Source of the DNA: a virus
Lineage: Duplodnaviria; Caudoviricetes
Direction: 5' to 3' (one strand)
Virus record (IMG/VR): IMGVR_UViG_3300010356_000998
Location: 32,001-96,000 of that record
Length of the DNA stretch: 64,000 nucleotides
Positions 1 through 9,803 of the stretch are shown piece by piece. Position 1 is the stretch's first letter, and each line of letters starts with the position of its first letter. The notes beneath the pieces were generated by a model. It was not told where the DNA came from. It was given only the letters and a program-made list of their open reading frames with translations, and did no database searches. The translations under genes and the position numbers were made by a program.

Positions 1-430
1 CAATTATATCATAATCAAAGTTAACTAAATATTTTTTTTCAACAGGTTTAACTTTCTTTTTAATTACTTTATAATTTTTACCAAAATTAAATTTAACATA
101 AGGTTTGTACAGCTTTATAATATCGTTTTCAATATAATATCTTTCCCAAAATCTCGCTGTACTTCTTACAGTATCTAATAGTATTTGAGGTTCTCCAAAA
201 CGATTTACAAATTGACCATTTCTATTTTTATACCAAACGGCATTATAAATTTTATAATGATATTCTTGAGGAATTTTATTACATAATTTTTTACAAACGT
301 CATTCCAGCTTTTACCAACATTATATTTTAACATTTTATGAATAGTTTTATAAAATAAATCTTTTCCATAATTTTTATCAATAATATAACGTTTAAATTT
401 TTTATATTGATTAGATTCTTTTTTTAATAT
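1..430 (-). CDS. Hypothetical protein, runs off the window edge (MKKKLNISNPLVESE...)
   Basis: Manual translation: ATG at 430, frame stays open to position 1. Confidence 0.7.
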   Translation of the reverse strand, partial: MLKKESNQYKKFKRYIIDKNYGKDLFYKTIHKMLKYNVGKSWNDVCKKLCNKIPQEYHYKIYNAVWYKNRNGQFVNRFGEPQILLDTVRSTARFWERYYIENDIIKLYKPYVKFNFGKNYKVIKKKVKPVEKKYLVNFDYDII

Positions 431-569
431 ATTTTCTTGTAATAATTCGGATTCCACCAAAGGATTTGATATGTTTAATTTCTTTTTCATGTCTTTTATT
501 TTTACAATCATTAGAACATATTATTTCTTGTCCGTTTGGTCCACCTACATAGAAGCATTTATTACACAT
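411..569 (-). CDS. Small Cys-rich protein, 52 aa (MCNKC...ICSNDC)
   Basis: Manual translation; CxxC and CxxxC motifs; overlaps the start of the next gene. Confidence 0.45.
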   Translation of the reverse strand: MCNKCFYVGGPNGQEIICSNDCKNKRHEKEIKHIKSFGGIRIITRKYIKKRI

Positions 570-582
570 AATTATTTAAATT

Positions 583-616
583 AAAAAAAGACAGGAGCTT
601 TTACACTCCTGTCTTT
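583..616 (-). terminator. Rho-independent terminator after mazG
   Basis: AAAGACAGGAG/CTCCTGTCTTT inverted repeat followed by a U-run on the minus strand. Confidence 0.8.
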
Positions 617-623
617 GTTAGTT

Positions 624-1163
624 TTATTGATCTTCTTTGCGATTATTAGCCGCTGCGTCAGAATAAGTTTCTGGAAATCTTTTTGCTAGTTTATCAATAT
701 TTTCTGTAAATATTTTTTCAATTTTAAACGGGAATTCAATTTCAACCCACATAATAATATTGTAAATAGCTTCTTGAAGTTGTTGCCAAGGAGTGTATCC
801 TGTTTTATCAGGTTGATCAACTGGACGATTATACACCCAAGTAGATTTAGCGATAGACAATACTCTTTCGACTGCATATTTAATACTAGTTTTTCTAAAA
901 TTATCACCTCTTGAAAAGTCAAGACCTGTAAAGTGAGCTAAACCAGCAGTATACCAAAGAATATCTCCAAGTTCATGCATTAATTCTTCAGTTTTAGCAA
1001 TTTGTTCTTCTACCGAACTTGCTAATTTTGATTTTTCCAAAGCTTGAAGAATTTCAAAATATTCACTAGAAATACCTAGTGCCATGTGTACAATATTTTC
1101 ATTTTCATTGTTAAGAGATTTACACGTCCTCAACGCAAGTAGTTGATAATCATTAAATGTCAT
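624..1163 (-). CDS. mazG: MazG-like NTP pyrophosphohydrolase
   Basis: FNDYQ..ALRT, HMALGISSE..E, ELGDILWY, NIDKLAKRFP motifs. Confidence 0.85.
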   Translation of the reverse strand: MTFNDYQLLALRTCKSLNNENENIVHMALGISSEYFEILQALEKSKLASSVEEQIAKTEELMHELGDILWYTAGLAHFTGLDFSRGDNFRKTSIKYAVERVLSIAKSTWVYNRPVDQPDKTGYTPWQQLQEAIYNIIMWVEIEFPFKIEKIFTENIDKLAKRFPETYSDAAANNRKEDQ

Positions 1164-1785
1164 ATCGTAAGATTTCGTTTTTTAAATTTGGAGGAAAATC
1201 CAATTCTGCATCAATTAAATCATCGTTTGTAATTTTCAATTTCCCAAATTCATTTTCTAACTTTTTTATAAAGATTGGAATATGTTCTTTATCTTTTGTT
1301 AAAACCATCCATTGTTCTGTTTTATTTTTTCTTATTGTTTTAGGAAACCATTTCTTTAATTCTTCTTCTGAATACATTTTAGAATATTGGCCTTCTAAAA
1401 AGTATTTTAATTTTTCTGGAAACGGTAGTTTAAAAACTATAACATGAAGGTGTCCAGTTTTGTTACTATCATAACAATAATCTGTAACATAAGAATAATG
1501 ATTTTGAAAAAAAGAAAGAGATTTCTGAAATTGTTTTCTTGATTCTAATTGATCTACATAAATATTATATCGTTTTTCACCGTTAACATCAATCAGAGCA
1601 TAAATGTGCGGCTCAATCTTTTTTGAACCTGTTTTATAATCTTGAACAGCATATACTAAAACTTGGTTATTTTTTATATGGTGCATAAATTCTTCACCGT
1701 AATGTTGAACTTGCTGCACTAAATACTTTCTTGTTTGATTTATATGAACTGTATCAAGACTAATAGATTGATTAGAATAGTACAT
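1153..1785 (-). CDS. Phage hypothetical protein
   Basis: 210-aa ORF coupled to its neighbours; FLEGQYSKMY motif recalled from crAss-like proteins. Confidence 0.6.
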   Translation of the reverse strand: MYYSNQSISLDTVHINQTRKYLVQQVQHYGEEFMHHIKNNQVLVYAVQDYKTGSKKIEPHIYALIDVNGEKRYNIYVDQLESRKQFQKSLSFFQNHYSYVTDYCYDSNKTGHLHVIVFKLPFPEKLKYFLEGQYSKMYSEEELKKWFPKTIRKNKTEQWMVLTKDKEHIPIFIKKLENEFGKLKITNDDLIDAELDFPPNLKNEILRYDI

Positions 1786-1790
1786 TGTAC

Positions 1791-2189
1791 TTAGAGTATT
1801 TCTATAACAGGGGGTAACTCGCCCCTTCTAAATCGAAAATAATCTTCTAGTGTTAAAGTAACTGTAGTATGTTGATTTCCTCTTTTAGAACCTCTACCAA
1901 CATCAATATTATGAATTAATAATATTGGATAATCATGAAGACGACTAGATTCTCCGTAATATTTGTTAATATTTGATTTAATATTTTCATATATTTCTTC
2001 AAATCTAGGTCGTCTTGTTTCATATCCAGCTTTACATTGAACTAACGCATCTGTACCTACAATGTCAATACCACAATCGTCTAATTTTTTTGAAGAAGCT
2101 CTTGTAGTTTTAACATCGTGATTTAATCGTTCTTTAAATTGTTTTACAACAATTCTTTCAAAATTATGACCTTTTCTTCTTTGATTCAT
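1791..2189 (-). CDS. PD-(D/E)xK nuclease, Holliday-junction-resolvase-like
   Basis: RRKGHNFER...DDCGIDI...VQCK motif arrangement. Confidence 0.7.
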   Translation of the reverse strand: MNQRRKGHNFERIVVKQFKERLNHDVKTTRASSKKLDDCGIDIVGTDALVQCKAGYETRRPRFEEIYENIKSNINKYYGESSRLHDYPILLIHNIDVGRGSKRGNQHTTVTLTLEDYFRFRRGELPPVIEIL

Positions 2190-3696
2190 ACTCTTCGTAA
2201 TTCAATATAGATATATTATTGATCGCGAAATTAAAAGTATGATCATTTTTAAACATTTTAAATAAATCTGTTCCTGGATGAATTACATCACTAATGTTTT
2301 GTGATTTCATGTGATTGATATAATCAATTATGTATTCATATAAAAACATACCTTCTTTAGTATTATCTGCATAACATTCTTTAAGAATATCGTCTAATGT
2401 AATTTTATCGTAACCAGTTAATATTTTAATAATATTTTTTTCAGTATATTTAATAATAGCTGTACAAATAAAAATCCAAATCAAAGCTTTAATTGGATTA
2501 ACTGTTCCTTGATGTAATCTGAACTCGATTCGTGAAGATTCTTTTGGTCCAAAATATAAAGGAATAAAATTAAGACTAAAATATCGATTTTTCCATTCCC
2601 ATTTAGGAGAACCTTCCTTTATATGTTTTCTTGTTTCTAAATTACAATTATTATCATAAACCCCTTCATTTAACATTGTAAAAATTAATTTATCTGATTC
2701 TTTAATAGCTTGTGTTACAATATCTGGACTTATTCCAGTATATCGTTTAACAATTCCCAATGCTTCTAATGGTTTACAATGATCTTTAGCCCCACCAAGT
2801 TTACTTAAAAAGTAATTTAGATCTCTTTTATACAGAGGTATAAACTGTAACAATTCTTGTTGAATACGATAATAAATATTATACAACGCTACTCTAAAAT
2901 TAGCATTATTATCAAAACCTGAAATATTTAAATGCAGAGAATTATTAGCCGTACATCTTGTATATTTAGAAAGTGTTGTATAAAGATTTTTCCAAAAATT
3001 AAAAGATGGTTTTTGAACAAGTGTTGTAATTTCAATACCTCTAATACTCCCATCTTTTAAAGGCAGACATCCATACTTATAATAATATTTTTCAGGCAAC
3101 CATCCACCATCAGTTTCTATTTCTTGACCAATATTATAATTAAAGAAATATTTGTCAAAGACAGATTTTGGAGTATTTTCCAATGTTTTTAACATTTCTT
3201 CTTTTATAATATTTTTTATTTCTTCAGGATAATCGCAAGAATTATATATATCTGTTTTAAGAGTATTGTATGTTGGTTTAATTCTACCTTCTAAAGAAGG
3301 TTCTAAATAGTTTACATATTTCCTTTCTGTGTAAATACCTTTAGCAAAATCATAATATAACCCATGTATTTTAATAGCTTTTTCATTTTGAACAACAAAT
3401 TCATCTTTTCCTAAAAAATTATCATAAGCGTCAGGTTTAAAATAACCTATTTTTCCGTTATCCATGTATCCATAAACAAGATTCTTTTTTAAATCATAAC
3501 AGTTATCGTAATCATTCCATTCAATTCTTCCAGTGGTACTTCTGTAATAAGTACCATCAATATCATAACAATGTCCACTATTTTTAACATTACGATCACC
3601 TATTAAATAATAATTGTTATCGATTTTTTTTGTTTTATTACGAGGATGTTCTTCCCCATTGTAACATATAACTGTGGTAGTGGTATTTTTTGTCAT
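2164..3696 (-). CDS. Putative amidoligase (COOH-NH2 ligase fold)
   Basis: GQEIET, DGSIRGIEITT, LHLNISG, RYFSLNF, IEFRLHQGT motifs. Confidence 0.8.
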   Translation of the reverse strand: MTKNTTTTVICYNGEEHPRNKTKKIDNNYYLIGDRNVKNSGHCYDIDGTYYRSTTGRIEWNDYDNCYDLKKNLVYGYMDNGKIGYFKPDAYDNFLGKDEFVVQNEKAIKIHGLYYDFAKGIYTERKYVNYLEPSLEGRIKPTYNTLKTDIYNSCDYPEEIKNIIKEEMLKTLENTPKSVFDKYFFNYNIGQEIETDGGWLPEKYYYKYGCLPLKDGSIRGIEITTLVQKPSFNFWKNLYTTLSKYTRCTANNSLHLNISGFDNNANFRVALYNIYYRIQQELLQFIPLYKRDLNYFLSKLGGAKDHCKPLEALGIVKRYTGISPDIVTQAIKESDKLIFTMLNEGVYDNNCNLETRKHIKEGSPKWEWKNRYFSLNFIPLYFGPKESSRIEFRLHQGTVNPIKALIWIFICTAIIKYTEKNIIKILTGYDKITLDDILKECYADNTKEGMFLYEYIIDYINHMKSQNISDVIHPGTDLFKMFKNDHTFNFAINNISILNYEEYESKKKRS

Positions 3697-3911
3697 ATAC
3701 TTAAAATAAATCTTAAATGTGCTAATTCAGATTTTTCTTCTAACTTTAATACTTTTTCTATTATTTGAAATTTTAAATAATTTACATTTAGAGTATTGTA
3801 AAAACCTGAAAACTCTGCTAAAATATTATTAACTTCTTTTTCTATCAGCCCTTTTTCAATCTCTAAATCCCGATTCATTAAGTCGTGTTCCAAAGTTAAT
3901 TCAGAGGTCAT
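3693..3911 (-). CDS. Small hypothetical protein within the ligase cluster
   Basis: 72-aa ORF abutting both neighbours. Confidence 0.6.
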   Translation of the reverse strand: MTSELTLEHDLMNRDLEIEKGLIEKEVNNILAEFSGFYNTLNVNYLKFQIIEKVLKLEEKSELAHLRFILSI

Positions 3912-3913
3912 AT

Positions 3914-5266
3914 TTACTGAAAAAGGGCTGTTTGAAAAGAATCTAACCGAATGTCATCTTCGTTAGAATATGCGTTAATCAATTTAATGTTATCAGCAGC
4001 TGTTATATCAGCTATTTCTTCATATTCAATACCTTTATAAGACAGTTTATACTTAAAGCAAGACCATTTAGGTTGAACCCATGTAGTATAAGGTACTGAT
4101 ACACCATCTTTATAAAGTGCTGCTGAAGTCCCAGAAGAATATAATCGCATATATATTGATTCTCGATGTATCATTTGAGCAAAATCATAAATTGTATAAT
4201 CATAATGACTTTTATTTGCCTTTAAAAGGTCTTGATAAATAGAATAATTTTTTATCAAAAATCCTTTGTAAAAGAAATATATATCATCTCTGTTTAAATT
4301 AGTTACAACATAATTATTGTAAGTTTTTTCAGAAATCCAGTTTGAATCTCCTTTTTCATCCACAGAATATATACCGTTTATCAAGTGCCCATTTTTATAA
4401 TAAGAACCTCTCCAATAGTAAATTAAATTACCATATTTATTTTGAGGAGATGGTTCCATTGATAAAACTACCTTATTATAATTGTTGTTATTATAATTTG
4501 GATAACTTGACCAATCATTATTAGTATAAGATGAGTATGAGTATGTGATATGAGATCTGTCAATATCTATCCTACTAACTTCTTCAGCATTATTATTAAA
4601 TCCAATTAATACATTAGCAGGAAATTCTTCAACACCGTCTTGAGTATTTAAAGCAGTTACTAAACCTTCAGCTGTAGAATTAAAATATAATAAACCAGGT
4701 TTCTTGTAAATATGCAAAGGACGTTCATCCTTTGTAACTTTATCAGCTTCGCATTGCGAAGAACCTTTAAATAAATAAAGGATACCTTTTTTAACATCGT
4801 AGGCAGCGACTGCTGCAAAACCCTCATACTCACTTAAAATCTTAGAACCTTGTTCGTATAATAATTTACCAAAAAAGTAACTATCTGTTTTTGAAGAAGA
4901 ATGTTCAATATTATATTTTTTACATAATTCGGCAATATTTTTAATAGTACCATTATGCATAAAAATAAGATGACGATCTTTAATATAATCATATTCATAA
5001 GGATGTGCATTATCTACATTTACAACACCTATGGTTTTAGACCGATTATGTGTTATAAATACGTTTTCATTATTTTTTTTAGAATGATGAATACACACTC
5101 CGTTTAATATTTCTAAGCTATCACCTGGAGATGCGAATTTGTAAACTTTATTGTTAAAGTAAAAACCAGTAGAGTCAGTACCTCGCAATCTACCAATAAT
5201 TGCTAACATTTTCAAAATAGTAATGTTTCCTTTTTTTTTACCTATATATCCAGATATATTACACAT
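3914..5266 (-). CDS. Class II (Ntn) glutamine amidotransferase with C-terminal extension
   Basis: N-terminal M-C (MCNISG), RGTDSTG, HNR, NAHPY, HNGTI, TDS motifs; start moved to the Met preceding the catalytic Cys. Confidence 0.85.
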   Translation of the reverse strand: MCNISGYIGKKKGNITILKMLAIIGRLRGTDSTGFYFNNKVYKFASPGDSLEILNGVCIHHSKKNNENVFITHNRSKTIGVVNVDNAHPYEYDYIKDRHLIFMHNGTIKNIAELCKKYNIEHSSSKTDSYFFGKLLYEQGSKILSEYEGFAAVAAYDVKKGILYLFKGSSQCEADKVTKDERPLHIYKKPGLLYFNSTAEGLVTALNTQDGVEEFPANVLIGFNNNAEEVSRIDIDRSHITYSYSSYTNNDWSSYPNYNNNNYNKVVLSMEPSPQNKYGNLIYYWRGSYYKNGHLINGIYSVDEKGDSNWISEKTYNNYVVTNLNRDDIYFFYKGFLIKNYSIYQDLLKANKSHYDYTIYDFAQMIHRESIYMRLYSSGTSAALYKDGVSVPYTTWVQPKWSCFKYKLSYKGIEYEEIADITAADNIKLINAYSNEDDIRLDSFQTALFQ

Positions 5267-6029
5267 TTGCAATTAATTTAGTTAAAACTTCTTTATATTT
5301 TACTGCGGTGGTTTCTCCAAATGAAGGAGCTGAATTTATTTCACAAATAATAAAATCTGGATCACTACCATCTTCTTTTGAACTTTGAACTCTTACATCA
5401 CAAGCTCCTAAATCTAAACCTACTGAGTTCAGAGCTTTTACACATTCTGTTTCAATAGTTTTCCAATTAACAGGTTTATCAAATAATGGATTTTCTTCTT
5501 TTATCCATACACAATTACTATCATTTCTATACCATCTATGTTCAGCATTTTGTTTTAACATTTTTCTACAAGTATAAAAACAACCATCTTTACTTACATG
5601 TAGTCTATATTCACGATTGTAATTATAATATTTTTCTACAATGTAAGCACCATAACCTTTTTCTCTAAAGAATTGCTTTACTTCTTCAAGATTATTTTTT
5701 AAATATAAACCACGACCACGAGATCCACGATATGATTTAATAATCATTTTTTTATCTTGAAGTCTATTTTCTACAGCCCATATATTCAATTCTTCTTCAT
5801 TTAAAGGATTACAGTATATAGCTGTTTTAACATTATTTTCAATAAATAATTCTTTCATTACTTTTTTATTAGCTGAGTTCATACAAGCATCTACTGTATT
5901 TATTTCTTTAAATTCAGGAGGCATTATTGTAAAAGAACCTAGTCTAAATACTACTTTTTTTGTAGTAGGGATTGCTTTTCTTAAAACATCATGCGATGGA
6001 TGTCTAGATCTTATTTTCAAAAATCTCAT
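5259..6029 (-). CDS. ATP-grasp ligase (RimK-like, phiEco32 type)
   Basis: GSRGRG loop, REYRLHV, LDLGACDV, EINSAPS motifs. Confidence 0.85.
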   Translation of the reverse strand: MRFLKIRSRHPSHDVLRKAIPTTKKVVFRLGSFTIMPPEFKEINTVDACMNSANKKVMKELFIENNVKTAIYCNPLNEEELNIWAVENRLQDKKMIIKSYRGSRGRGLYLKNNLEEVKQFFREKGYGAYIVEKYYNYNREYRLHVSKDGCFYTCRKMLKQNAEHRWYRNDSNCVWIKEENPLFDKPVNWKTIETECVKALNSVGLDLGACDVRVQSSKEDGSDPDFIICEINSAPSFGETTAVKYKEVLTKLIANV

Positions 6030-6858
6030 AATTTACAATGTTAGGTAAAGAAATATTTAATTGTTTAGTAAATTCAACAGCGGCATTATAATCTCCAGAA
6101 TTTATAATATTTTGAGCTTTTTCAGCTAATTCTTCAAATACATCTGTCCAATTATTCGCTGCATTAATAGCATCCATAACTCTGTCATAGCACCAGCCTA
6201 CAGTTTCTTCGTTTTTTGACATCGCTCCTCCCAATGTTCTATATTCTACAATGGTAATTTGATTGTTCAGGCGTCTAAATCTAAAATCACCGGCGTTTCC
6301 ATAAATATTTCTACGATCACTATCAGTATCTATAATAATACTACCTACACCACAATAAATATCCATAGCTTTAATAATTTTTTCAAAAGCGTGTACATGA
6401 TTGGTATCGCATTCAAATCCAATATGAATATGAAAACCAAACGATCTAAGATTACCTACTTCAGCAGGGGTAGGTCTTGGAGAAACTCCGCCAGTATATA
6501 CACAGAATGAAGGATCACAACCAAATTGTTTAGCTGTACGTGATGCTAATTCAGATCTATCAAATCTTGCACTACTTACAGAACGAATATGCCAATTAGG
6601 CTGAGTCTCTTGTAATTTAGCATTAACTAGTTTTTTAATATTCATTATACTGTTAACAAAATCTTCTTTAGTTTTAGTGGGTGGTACACAACCTTCTACA
6701 CCAACATTATCTATCTGAATAGAATACTCTCCATTTTCTGTAAGTGGGTAAGGATCGTTCTTTGTACCTGGAATAAAACCAACAGCACTACGAGGAATAC
6801 CGTTTTCATCAAATGCTCCAAATTCAGGATCGCTACCTAATGTGATATTTTTAATCAT
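6004..6858 (-). CDS. phiEco32-like COOH-NH2 ligase type 2
   Basis: LGSDPEF, DNVGVE, FGCDPSF, RSFGFHIHIG, RRNIYGNAG, VEYRTL motifs. Confidence 0.85.
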   Translation of the reverse strand: MIKNITLGSDPEFGAFDENGIPRSAVGFIPGTKNDPYPLTENGEYSIQIDNVGVEGCVPPTKTKEDFVNSIMNIKKLVNAKLQETQPNWHIRSVSSARFDRSELASRTAKQFGCDPSFCVYTGGVSPRPTPAEVGNLRSFGFHIHIGFECDTNHVHAFEKIIKAMDIYCGVGSIIIDTDSDRRNIYGNAGDFRFRRLNNQITIVEYRTLGGAMSKNEETVGWCYDRVMDAINAANNWTDVFEELAEKAQNIINSGDYNAAVEFTKQLNISLPNIVNYEIFENKI

Positions 6859-6863
6859 TGTTT

Positions 6864-7568
6864 TTATTTTGAATTAATTAAATGGTTGATAAGTGCTTTG
6901 CTAAACAAACAATCTGATAGTTCTTCAGGATGCCATTGAACACCTGCTACAAGATCAGTAGTTGAGATAAACGCTTCAATATTTTCATATCGAGTATTTA
7001 TCAGTAAAGGAGTTATATTTTTACCTTTTTGTTCATAATAAAATCCCTGATGATGTAAAGAGTTAACTTTGTATTGTTTATTAACATCTTTAAATCCCAT
7101 TTTAATAATTAAATCTTTTATTTGATTACTGTTATTAAAAACAGAAAGAAAATCTACTTCTTCATCTCTACTTTTTGAACTATACGCTTGACTAATATGT
7201 TGAGATAAAGACCCTCCATAATGAACATTAAGAGTTTGAAAACCTCTACAAATACCAAATATAGGAATTCTATTTTCAATATATGTTGGTAATACAAATC
7301 TATCCCAGTATTCATAGTGAATATTAGGATTCTGAGTATAATAGTATGGTTTTTGGTTATATCTTAAAGGATCTACATCAGCACCACCAGGAAGTATTAA
7401 AAGATCTAAATCCGTGTATATATTATCGTCATATACAAAAATAGGACGAATGTTTGCATTTAATCCATTAATAAATTCAGCGTAAGCTTTAGGAATACTA
7501 ATACTCCCATCTATGCTTCTCGATACTAGTATACCTATTTGTTTCTGTTTCTGTTTCTGATTTGTCAT
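6864..7568 (-). CDS. Class I glutamine amidotransferase / peptidase C26 (copy 1)
   Basis: LPGGADVDP, GICRGFQ, VNSLHHQG, GVQWHPE; probable start MTNQKQ at 7568. Confidence 0.85.
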   Translation of the reverse strand: MTNQKQKQKQIGILVSRSIDGSISIPKAYAEFINGLNANIRPIFVYDDNIYTDLDLLILPGGADVDPLRYNQKPYYYTQNPNIHYEYWDRFVLPTYIENRIPIFGICRGFQTLNVHYGGSLSQHISQAYSSKSRDEEVDFLSVFNNSNQIKDLIIKMGFKDVNKQYKVNSLHHQGFYYEQKGKNITPLLINTRYENIEAFISTTDLVAGVQWHPEELSDCLFSKALINHLINSK

Positions 7569-8424
7569 TGTTAGATGTGTTGGTAAATATATTAAAATCA
7601 AAGTTTTTCATATTTTTAATATCAGCTACTCTTTTTAAAATAACTTCATCAACCCTATTACGTATTGGATCTTTTAATAATTCACTCGCTATGGAAGATA
7701 ATCTTTCAGCAGTATGAGGACTTTGTTTATAAGCAGCCCTGTCTTTAAAACTTTTAGCTTTAAATTCATTATAACCAATAATTAATTCACATATAATATA
7801 GTTAATAGTTTCTGTAGGCATGCTTGCAAATTCAGGATGTCCTTGAACAGCAAGTCCATGAACATCTGTAAATTTTACAATTTCAGGTTCTGCATTTAAA
7901 GCATCTCTATACTGCACACCTTCTTCATTACATATTTCTTCATCATTTCCGTTTAAATAAGTAAATGATCTCGGTTTTGAATATGCAAGTAGTTTCCAAT
8001 TCTGTTTAGGTATTGAATTTAAATCTAACATTTGATGGTGTAAACTGTTAGTTTTTAATTTTCTACCATTTATAGTAATAATTTCATGTAGTTCGCTTAT
8101 AGCATGATTAGTTACATGTTGAATTAAAGAACCCCCGTTCATAATACACAATCCTTGAGCACCTCTACAAATACCTAAAATATATTTTCCTGAAAGAAGG
8201 GCTTTCATAAAAAATATCATTTCAGTATAATCTGTATGATCATGAAAATATGTTTTTCTACCTGTTTTTTGATTATAAAATTTAGGATTCCAGTCAGAAC
8301 CTCCGGGCATTATAATAACATCTGCGTTTGCAAAATTAGAAACTTTTTGAAACATGTCAGGACTGTTTTCAACTAAAAAGTTACAATCACTTGAAGATAC
8401 ACCAAATACTTTTATTTTTTCCAT
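7498..8424 (-). CDS. Class I glutamine amidotransferase / peptidase C26 (copy 2)
   Basis: MPGGSD, GICRGAQ, NSLHHQM, VQGHPE motifs. Confidence 0.85.
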   Translation of the reverse strand: MEKIKVFGVSSSDCNFLVENSPDMFQKVSNFANADVIIMPGGSDWNPKFYNQKTGRKTYFHDHTDYTEMIFFMKALLSGKYILGICRGAQGLCIMNGGSLIQHVTNHAISELHEIITINGRKLKTNSLHHQMLDLNSIPKQNWKLLAYSKPRSFTYLNGNDEEICNEEGVQYRDALNAEPEIVKFTDVHGLAVQGHPEFASMPTETINYIICELIIGYNEFKAKSFKDRAAYKQSPHTAERLSSIASELLKDPIRNRVDEVILKRVADIKNMKNFDFNIFTNTSNNDKSETETETNRYTSIEKHRWEY

Positions 8425-9140
8425 TATTTTTCGTTTACTAAAAACTTTATTGGATTTTTATCCAGTTTTTTTAATTGTTCATTTATTTCTTTAAATATAC
8501 CACTTCCTTGAAATTTATTAACACCTGTTCTGTAATCAGCAACTGGATGAATTACGTTTATTACAGGACAATTTGTAATAAATTTACTATAATATTGAGC
8601 TTTTTTACCCATAAATACAAATACGGTTTTTTCTCTTAATGCCTCATTTAAATTAATAAATAAGTTTTCCATTAATACTTTTTTCCAATAATAACTGTGA
8701 GAACCTACTGTATTTAACATATTTTCACCTTCTGGACAATATTCTTTACAAGTTAAAGCTGCATTCATTAGTAAAACTCCTTGTTTTTTCCAATGTTGTA
8801 AAGTTTTATCAAAATACATTTTAGTATCAGAAGGATCAGTACCTAAAGTAATATCTTCGCTATAATTAAAAATTAGCTCATTATAAATAATTTCCAAAGA
8901 AGGTTGTAACCTTTCATTTGGTTCTACTCCAAAAGCTAATCCAGTTGCGATTCCTGGTATTGGATATGGATCTTGGCCTACTATTACAACATTAACATCG
9001 TCTATTAACAAATCTCTAAAACATTCATATACTTGTTTAGGATTTGAAGGACAACTTTTCCAGTTATTCAAATCCATTTCTTCAGGGGGATTTACTTCAT
9101 CAGATGAAATAGTAAGTTTTACTAAATCTATTAATTTCAT
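8424..9140 (-). CDS. ung: Uracil-DNA glycosylase, family 1
   Basis: GQDPYP, ATGLAF, PSL, WKKQGVLLMNAALT, HP motifs. Confidence 0.9.
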   Translation of the reverse strand: MKLIDLVKLTISSDEVNPPEEMDLNNWKSCPSNPKQVYECFRDLLIDDVNVVIVGQDPYPIPGIATGLAFGVEPNERLQPSLEIIYNELIFNYSEDITLGTDPSDTKMYFDKTLQHWKKQGVLLMNAALTCKEYCPEGENMLNTVGSHSYYWKKVLMENLFINLNEALREKTVFVFMGKKAQYYSKFITNCPVINVIHPVADYRTGVNKFQGSGIFKEINEQLKKLDKNPIKFLVNEK

Positions 9141-9188
9141 TAATTAATATTTTTAAAAGTTAATAACTTCTTCAATATTTATAGACAA

Positions 9189-9803
9189 TTAAATAGGTGT
9201 GTCTGTTTTTATTGAAGCCATGGTAGAAAAATCTACAATGTGCACTGAATTAGATGATAATGCAGTCATACTGTATTGTTTATCTAAAACTTTTTTAAAT
9301 TCACTATTAATATCAGATTCTTTTGTTTCTGTTTCTATTTCAGAAGAATCAGAAGAGTTTGGGTCTTGCATAAACTCTAAAATAGACTTTAAATGTTGAA
9401 TAAGTAATTGACTTCTGATATAAGTTTTTCTTATTTTATTAATTAATTCAACTGTAACTTCTCCATCAAATTCATTCAAATCAACATTTTCGTTTTCAAC
9501 GTTACTTATCATATTTAACAATTCTTCTTTACTTGGGATACCTTTTTCTTTAATCATATCGTCTATTGATAATACAGAATTCAATTCTTTAATTTCATAA
9601 ACATTTTCCCAAAAAAAAGAATCTTCTGGATTAATAGTAAATCCTCCAAAATCCGCAACAGATAATGTCCAGTAATTATTCTGAACATTTGGTTTTCTTT
9701 TTTGAAGTAATCCCCATGCTTCTTTAAGAGGAGCCCATTTTAAATTACTTAGGTTTAATTTTATTGCGTAAACATTTTTGTTGTTTAATTCAAACTTTTG
9801 CAT
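9189..9803 (-). CDS. Hypothetical protein
   Basis: 204-aa ORF in the replication operon. Confidence 0.6.
   Translation of the reverse strand: MQKFELNNKNVYAIKLNLSNLKWAPLKEAWGLLQKRKPNVQNNYWTLSVADFGGFTINPEDSFFWENVYEIKELNSVLSIDDMIKEKGIPSKEELLNMISNVENENVDLNEFDGEVTVELINKIRKTYIRSQLLIQHLKSILEFMQDPNSSDSSEIETETKESDINSEFKKVLDKQYSMTALSSNSVHIVDFSTMASIKTDTPI

Noticed and set aside
7540-7560. (TGTTTC)3 repeat in the overlap of the two C26 genes as a phase-variation site
   Set aside because: Only three units of an in-frame hexamer, so slippage would not shift either frame
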